A stretch of 64,000 nucleotides of DNA. Source: the human T2T-CHM13v2.0 reference genome, Homo sapiens. The notes beneath the pieces were generated by a model that ran no database searches, was not told the DNA's origin, and worked only from the letters and a program-made list of their open reading frames with translations. Within the stretch, counting starts at the first letter, position 1. Every line of letters starts with the position of its first letter. Both the position numbers and the translations under genes were made by a program. The DNA lies in the NCBI RefSeq assembly GCF_009914755.1, contig NC_060937.1; one strand, 5' to 3'. Positions 55,966 to 64,000 of this stretch are shown here, piece by piece.

Positions 55966-58900
55966 GCCCATGAGGTTAGCCCGAAGTTTACAATCACAGG
56001 GGCTGAGGTGGTGCTGGGACTGCTCTTGAACATGAGTCTGTAGGGACTGGCCAAGCATTGGAGTGAGCCTGGTTTGTAGGTCTACTGGCATGTGCCCGGA
56101 GCCTGAGTCCATGGACACTGACCTGACACTGGAGCAGGCCTGGAGCCTGAATCTGCATATGTATATATCTCCTGAGTTTGCAGAGTCTAGCTTAGAGCCT
56201 AGGTCTGCAATGGTGGTCTTGGAGTCTCAGGTCACAGAGGCTGGCCTGGTACCAAGGTCTAGACCCTGGGTCTACTTGAGCAAGTCGTAACCTGGGTCCT
56301 CTGCAGCCTGGGGCCATGGGGACCTCTCTGGTGCCTGGGGCCAGCCCAGTGCTGGGGTAACATAGAACGTTGGCCTCTGAATCTAGTATGGAGCTTAAGG
56401 TCATGGGTACTGGCCTGATACCTGCAATCACCGATGCTGGCCTGGATCCTGAGACCATGGGGTCCAACTGGGTACTAGGAGCAGTCTTGAGCCTAGAGTC
56501 ACTGAGTTTGGGCAGGCAGTGGGGGCATTCCAGAGACTGAGGCAGAAGGCAAAGGGAGGCAGAAGGCAAAGGGAGGCAGAAGGCACTAGGACTAGCCTGA
56601 AGCTGAACGCGGTCCTGAGCTTTGCACTACTGAGGTCAGCCTGGCAGTGGGTCAGCACAGAGACTAACTGCCAAGCAGTCCTGGAGCATGGGGCTTCAAA
56701 ATTTGACCTCATTTTAGGGCAGGTCCAGGGGATCAGACTATGAGTACTAAACTGGAGTTGGGGTCATGAGGACCCCATGCTGGGTTTTACTGTGCTGGGT
56801 TTTACTGTGGGTGTCTCAGTTTGGGGATTTGAAATGAAGTTCTATGTTTATTTCCTTTTTCTTCCCACATGTGTAGGGTATCTCTCTTTACACTGTACTG
56901 CCTGGGTTAGCAGAGGTGTGACATGGGTAATGTAAACCTGCCCTTTCTATCCTCTTCAATGCATCTTTTTTTATTTCTGTGCTACACTCAGGTATGGTAC
57001 TGTGATCTCTCATTTGGTTTCCTTAGACTTTATGAAGGTACTCTCATGCATGGATAGTTATTCAAATTGATGTTTCTGTGGTGGTGTCTGTATGGAGAGT
57101 CCTACTCCAATATTTTTCTTATGTCCATATACCTGACATAAATTTCTTAAAGAAAACCTTGAAAGTCTGTTACAACAATAATAGAGAAGAAATACATCTT
57201 TCTTTATGAAAATACTGTCTCCCTTGCTTTATATGTATGATCATATGAGAGCTTCTTTCCTTATACATTACTCCATGTCCCTGGTCACGTGACTGTGACC
57301 CATGCTGAGGCAGCCATTCTAGTTTAAAATGCGATATGTGGTGGTGCGCTCTTTTCTTATTAATTTGAAACAATGACATCATTAAACTAAACTAGCTAAT
57401 AGCTATAGTTTTAGCATTGTAGTTTGAAAAGATGAGTCTAAAGCACAGAAATGAGCAAAAGTGAAAAATTACAAATAAAAAGTATTGATGAGATTCAATC
57501 CCTGATCAACCATATCCAAGTTTAACCCCATTCTTGTCCTTCCTGCAATTGGTATATATCAGCTAACACACTTCTCATTGGCCTGTTGGTTAGTTAGATT
57601 TGCATTTATGTCACTTGCAACCAAAACATGTATAAATATAGTAAGTGAAGAAATAGTATCTATCACTGGAAATAAATACTATTGTAATTCTTTATCAAAT
57701 TTTCCATACCTTACATGACTTATAGATACATTATTTTGCTCTCTATTCTGAATACAAATATAATAGCATTAATAAATCTGTTATTCTTAGTTCAAAATAT
57801 GGCTTCATGATTTCTATCATTAATAATAATAGTAACATTAGAGTTGTCCTCCCTGCACCAACCTCTTTTCTTTCCATTCCATCTTTCACATTGCAACAAG
57901 GAATAGCTGCAAAAAGCTCAACTCTAATCATATAATCTCTCAAATATCTTTCCTCTAACAAAATAATTATGAGAAGCAATAAAAGAAGCAAGTCAAAATG
58001 TGTCAGTATCTTAGCATCACATTCAAAGTCCTCGAAAATATAATTATCAAAACTTTAATTATCATTTAAAACTGGACACCACCTCTTTGATCATGCGATC
58101 TGCTTGGTTGAAGTTCTTTTCTTCCACTCCCTGATTTATCAACATTCTGCCCCTACTTTATGTGCTAACTTAAATGCTTCTTCACCTGTGATACCTTTTT
58201 TCCAAAACTGATATTAAAAATTAATCTAATTTATTTGAATTTATATCTATTTGATTTTATTTATGTTATGGACTCATGCCAATATTACTAATATTTTCAT
58301 TAACGATTTACATTTTTGTGTCTATAAATAGACAATAAGGCTAAACATCATCAGATACCTTTTCAAAATTACTAAAATATAGATGTAAAGATTTGTTGGA
58401 TGGAATTAATATTTGATTAGTTTACTGCTTTATGCTAGTACTAAGTCAACACAGGTTGTCATTTTTAATATGCATTATAATCTCAGTTTGACTTCTCTTT
58501 AGCTCTGATCTCAGAAAATATGTTACTTATCGCACACCATGCAAAGTAAAATGAAACTATATAAAAAATTGAAAGTTCAAAAGGCAATTTTTAAAGTTCC
58601 ATTTAACAGCATAATAGTTTGAGGTTAAAAAATGTCATCTCTTTATAAAAAAAATATGAGATTCAACAGGACAGAAGCCTTTGCCTTAAAAAATATATAT
58701 ATACTTTGCCAAGGAACACAAGAGAAGTGGATACCCATTACAGTAAATTACAATGTTGTAAACAAACAAAATTAACATTTTAGATTGAAATTATTAAAAT
58801 TCATGTTCACAGTTAAACTGGGAGGTTTTAGAAATATTGTAAATGTATGACTCTTTAAGTGAAAGGTGACAGTTCTGTATCATCCACTTTATGTTAAAAA

Positions 58901-59659
58901 GAAAGGATCTATGAAGCACTGTAAACAGTAAGTTAGAGGGATTCCACACAATATTACTGAATATTCAGCCTAAGTTATAGGGTAGTCTCAAAAGTGATGT
59001 GCTATATGCTGTTTGAAACACTGAAGAGGAACAGATAAGTCTTCACTACTGAAACTGCTGGAATAAGTGTATACGTGTTTGTGTATATGTGTATGTTTGC
59101 AACTAATTTTTTTACAGGACCAAAGAAAATTTAAGTGGCTAAGATTGAGTGTACAGAGTATTGTTAGTTGAAATTTTCCAAAGTATTTTTTAAAAGTTAA
59201 ATGCAAAGGAAGCAACCGCATTGTTTTATTTGTAACAGATAGCTTTTGAACTTCTTAGCCAGAGCATTGCTGACTTCATTTTGCACCTAAAAGTCATTTA
59301 AGACAACATGTGAGAATATTCTATACATTATTGACTCCTAAAAAGTTAAGATTGGATACATTCACTTTCATAATACATGTTAACCACCTAAAAAAGAAAC
59401 AGTCACAAACTATCATGTTTATTGTTTTTTAGTGGAATGTTTAAAATTTTTGTCAGACATAATACACAAATCTCTTTTTTTTTCTTCATTAGTCAGCGTT
59501 CATGTTTTATTAAGTACTAGGAAATGTGTTAGGAAATAATAGGAAACAGAAATTGAACACTGTAGAGTCATCTGACAAGTTCCAATTTATGTTCCAAAGG
59601 ATTTTACTTAAATTATATTTAATATGATTTTCCAAAACTTGGATGAAATGTATTTTTCC

Positions 59660-59797
59660 TTTTTTTTTTTTTTTAGAAACAGAGTCTTGCACTGTTACTA
59701 AGGCTAATCTCACCTCAAACTTCTGGCCTTAAATAATCCTCCTCCCTCAGCCTCCCAAATAGCAGGAATGACAGGCGTGAGCCATCATGTGCAGCCA
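59660..59797 (-). mobile_element. FLAM/AluJ left monomer
   Basis: Poly-T, then AGAAACAGAGTCTTGC...CAGGCGTGAGCCATCATGTGCAGCC. Confidence 0.85.
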
Positions 59798-60149
59798 GAA
59801 GTGCATTTTTATATGTTAGGAATAATTGTAAAATGGCAGTTCGTTGACGGAATAATTTTATATAAATCCTATTATCTAATAATCCAATAATGCAATATAA
59901 TCTATTTATATATCAGATAAATATAGACCAATCAAATCTAATTATAAAATCTAATTAATCATCTAACCCAATATATAATCTAATTACCTAATCTCTACTA
60001 CATATGAATTTTATGTTTAAGTAGAAAAATTACAACTTTAATTCCTGTAATAATCTCAAGGCAGTAGAAATAAAACTCTGTTATCTCATGTCTTGGGTCA
60101 ATTTCTTACTATCTCCTCAGTGTATTTTCTCTCTTGTCTTGTGTCCATC

Positions 60150-60630
60150 ATTCTTCATTCACTCACTCATTCAGCATACATAAATCATATTATACTATGT
60201 GACAGTGGTGGGTGCACATGACACACAAGTAAAGAAGCTAGACAAAGAGATATGTTCTTGTGTATAGTGATAGAAAAATGTTCGAATGAGTAAATAACAT
60301 GCATGTATATAAATAAGTTCTGATCGTGACAAATGATATAAAGTAAGTAAAATAATATATTTGAATGTAGAGTGACATAAATTGGCTTTTTTGATTGCAC
60401 ATTCAGGTTAAAAATTTATATTTTACTCTGAGGGCAAGGGAAGCCAATAAAGAGTTTAAAGCGGAGGAATAACGTAATGTGAGTTGTGTTATTAAATGAT
60501 TAGTCTGTCTGCTGTATACAGGATACATTTTAAGGCCAAGAACGTAAGTAGGGAGAGCGTACAGACAGTTTTTGCAGTAAACCAGGATCAGCTTGGTAGC
60601 AATTGAGAGAGATAAAACTGTACTCAACTA
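60150..60630. mobile_element. L2 3' fragment
   Basis: TCATTCACTCACTCATTCAGCA terminus; TTTTACTCTGAGGGCAAGGGAAGCCAATAAAGAGTTTAAAGC. Confidence 0.6.
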
Positions 60631-60700
60631 CCAGAAGTATATTGGTTGACAACAAAAATTTTTCTACTCCCTCGTGAATAACATTCAAGAAATTCTCTGA

Positions 60701-61019
60701 GGCCGGGCGCAGTGGCTAACGCCTGTAATCCCAGCACTTTGGGAGGCCGAGGCAGGCGGATCACAAGGTGAGGAGATCGAGACCACTGTGGCTAACACGG
60801 TGAAACCCCATCTCTACTAAAAAATACAGAAAAAAAAAAAAAAAAAAAAATTAGCCGGGCGTGGTGGCAGGCACCTGTAGTCCCAGCTACTCGGGAGGCT
60901 GAGCCAGGAGAATGGCGTGAACCCGGGAGTCAGAGCTTGCAGTGAGCCGAGATCGCGCCACTGCACTCCAGCCTGGGCAAAAGAGCAAGACTCTGTCTCA
61001 AAAAAAAAAAAAAAAAAAA
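60701..61019 (+). mobile_element. AluY with lengthened middle A-tract
   Basis: AluY diagnostics; A21 linker at 60830-60850; TSD AAGAAATTCT(C/T)TGA. Confidence 0.95.
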
Positions 61020-62123
61020 GAAATTCTTTGAAAGACGGAAAGATAACTTCGCTTGCAGCAAGTACCTTAAAAGAAAAGGGATATAGTCAGGATTTTCTTC
61101 TAGAATGAGGGCTTTATTTAGGAAATGTATTCATGTGTTTCTTTAAGTAAATGGGAATAACAAATCTGTATTACAGGAATAATGAAAACATGCAATGTTA
61201 TTTCCATAGACAATTTTCACAATAAATAAATAAAATTAGTACCTTTATAAAGATTGTGACATATAATAACACCTTTTAAATTTCATATAAATTTCGATCA
61301 GATAATTTAAAAATAATGCAATTCAAAATGATAACTCATTTAAGTCACCTCAAAATATAATTTGTGGACATACATATTTGGGGTAATAATATAAGTCATT
61401 AGATTTAAATGTATTCTTATCATACAAAGTCTATTATCAAATATAATGGCATTAAATTAGAAATCAATAAGAGAAATATCTCCGAAAAATCCTGAAATAT
61501 GTGAAAGTAAATTTACAGACTTCCAAATGACTGAAACATCAAAACAGAAATCTAACCAAAAAATTAGAAATGAAATTAATGAAAATTAAAATAAAGTGTA
61601 TGAAAAGTTGTGAGATGCTGCTAATGCAACACTAGGGGGAAATTTTGTAGATATAAACACATATCTTGAAATAAAAGAAAGGTCTCAAACTCGAATTCCA
61701 TTTCAAGAAACTATAAAGTAAGTATAAATTAAAAGGAAGGATAAATTAGTTCCCAAGTAAACAGAATAAAGGAAAATAAAACAGTAGACTTTACCCGTCA
61801 GTTGGAAAAACCAAAGAGAATTACTGGGAAAAATCAATAAGACCAAAACCTAGTTTTTGAGGTTTAAAAAAAAATAAAATAATCTAACCAGGCTAATAAA
61901 ATAGAGTATACACAATTTAACAATATTGGAAATGAAAGAATTTACATTACTACACATTCTATGGATATTAAGAGGATAATATATAATGATCATAATTAAT
62001 TTTATATAAAAAACAGAAAACTTACCTTAAATTGATAAATTCTTAAAGACACAAACTACTAAACTCAATCAATAAGTAGATAACCTGAATACAAATGTAT
62101 CTATTCAGACATCAAATTCATGG

Positions 62124-62483
62124 TGCCATGGTTTGTCTCCTCCAAAACTTATGTTGAAATTTAATTGCCATTGTGATGGTATTATGAGGTGGGACCTCTA
62201 AGAGGAGTTTAGGTGATGAGGGTTTCACCTTCATGAGTAGGTTGATACAGTTATTGCAAAAGTGGGTTTGCACACTCTTACTCTGTCTGTCTTTCCCTCT
62301 CTATTTTTTTTATTATGTGATGCCTTCTGTCATATTTTGATGTAGCAAAGTGGCCCTTGCAGATTCCATCCTCTTGGTCTTGGACTTCCTGCACTCCAGA
62401 ACTGTGAGAAATAAATGTATGCTAATTATAAATTATCCAGTCTGTGCTATTTTGTTATAGCAGCATAAAAAAAGACTAAAACA
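62124..62483 (+). mobile_element. MSTC/MSTD-like solo LTR
   Basis: TGCCATGGTTTGTCTCCTCCAAAACTTATGTTGAAAT...CCAGAACTGTGAGAAATAAAT...TTGTTATAGCAGCA...GACTAAAACA. Confidence 0.85.
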
Positions 62484-62729
62484 TTTCATTGAAAGCCTTC
62501 CCACGAGGAAAATTGTAGGTCAAGATGGCTTTACTGGTGAATACTACCTAACATTTAGGGAGGAATAATATAAATTTATACAAACTCTTCCAGAAAATTA
62601 AAGAGAATATAATACAAATTATTCTCTGACGCCAGAATTACCATGATGTGATACCAAAGACATTATAAGAAAAGTGCAACTTATTATCCCACATGAGCAT
62701 AGATGCAAATAATGTAAACAAAATTCTAA

Positions 62730-62956
62730 GAATCTCTCTATATCATATATAATATTATCTCTCTATATATAATATAATATATATCTCTATATATTGTATA
62801 TCTATATATAATATATATCTCTATATATTATATATCTATATATAATATTATCTCTATATATTATATATGTAATATTATCTATCTTTCTATATGTAATATT
62901 ATCTATCTTTTGATATGTAATATTATATATATAATATTATTTTTATATATATAATC
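62730..62956. repeat. AT-rich degenerate minisatellite
   Basis: Recurring ATATAATATTATCTCT / TATATCTCTATATA units. Confidence 0.85.
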
Positions 62957-63427
62957 TCAACACAGCAGGGTTTATCCCACGAATGTAAGTTGCATTAACT
63001 TTCAAAAATAATCAGAGGAATTTGTTATATTAACAAAGTGCAAAAGAAAATCATTATAATTGTCTCAATAATCCCGAGAAAGCATTCGAAAAAATCCAGT
63101 ATCTTCTTCTGTTGGGAAGTACGAATAAAATAATATTCCCTCAGAGATGAAAATGGGCCACTGAAACATTTGGTCTAACATTATACTTAAAGATACAAAT
63201 CTATAAGCTTCTTCATAAGGTCAAGAATAACTTCAGGATGTCAGCTCTCACTGTTTAATGTTGCATCAGAGATTCTATCCAGTGCACTAGAAAGAAAGCA
63301 TAACACCTATCTACAGTAATGCATCCAAATGGGAAAGGAAAGTCTAATACTTTCTTTTTTTGAAGAAAATATTTAGCAATGTAGAAAAATAAAAATATAC
63401 AAAGCTTCAAGAACTAGTGTTTAGTAA

Positions 63428-63796
<369 letters not shown>

Positions 63797-63938
63797 TAAA
63801 GTATAAATTACTTAGAAATAAATTTAACAAAAAAATATGAAAGACTAGGACATTGCCATCTATACAACAATGTTAATAGCAATTAAGATACAATTAAATG
63901 GAAAAAATCATGTTAAAGGGTTAAAGATTAAATGTTGC

Positions 63939-63939
<1 letters not shown>

Positions 63940-63968
<29 letters not shown>
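63940..63968. repeat. (TG)14 microsatellite
   Basis: Read directly. Confidence 0.95.
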
Positions 63969-63971
<3 letters not shown>

Positions 63972-64000
63972 ATAGATTCAATAAAGTCAACATCAAAATT

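Larger units (their letters stand above)
53935..57130 (-). mobile_element. Old L1M ORF1 plus GC-rich repetitive 5'UTR (antisense)
   Basis: AACTCCTTCAGCTTTGTTTGTC, TAAGATTTCTGCTGAGAAATCTACTG; recurring GGCCTGGAGCCTG motifs at 55380-56800. Confidence 0.7.

Noticed and set aside
55380-56800. GC-rich block with recurring motifs and several ORFs (possible CpG island, array or gene)
   Set aside because: CpG-poor, with irregular degenerate repeats contiguous with antisense L1 ORF1; best explained as an old L1 5'UTR.

Overview
AT-rich, gene-poor primate (most likely human) genomic DNA made largely of nested transposable-element fossils: L1, Alu, MaLR/ERV LTRs and DNA-transposon MITEs. I see no intact protein-coding gene; the ORF track is almost all repeat-derived or noise. 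The one gene-derived feature is an intronless, frameshifted minus-strand retrocopy of the nuclear receptor HNF4G (~33.1-37.2 kb). It is probably HNF4GP1, which from memory lies in the 13q21 gene desert, and it is inserted in the middle of an old L1. The least expected signal is a ~500-bp minus-strand segment (~17.9-18.4 kb) whose translation resembles a non-mammalian-type L1-clade ORF2 rather than mammalian L1. Other items of note are a strongly bounded 76-nt non-coding exon candidate, a both-ends-intact L1 collapsed to 1.5 kb, a probable twin-priming L1 inversion and a local template-switch palindrome. I found no convincing new multi-gene system. Repeat subfamily names come from recalled consensus sequences, not a database search, and boundaries of old elements are approximate.
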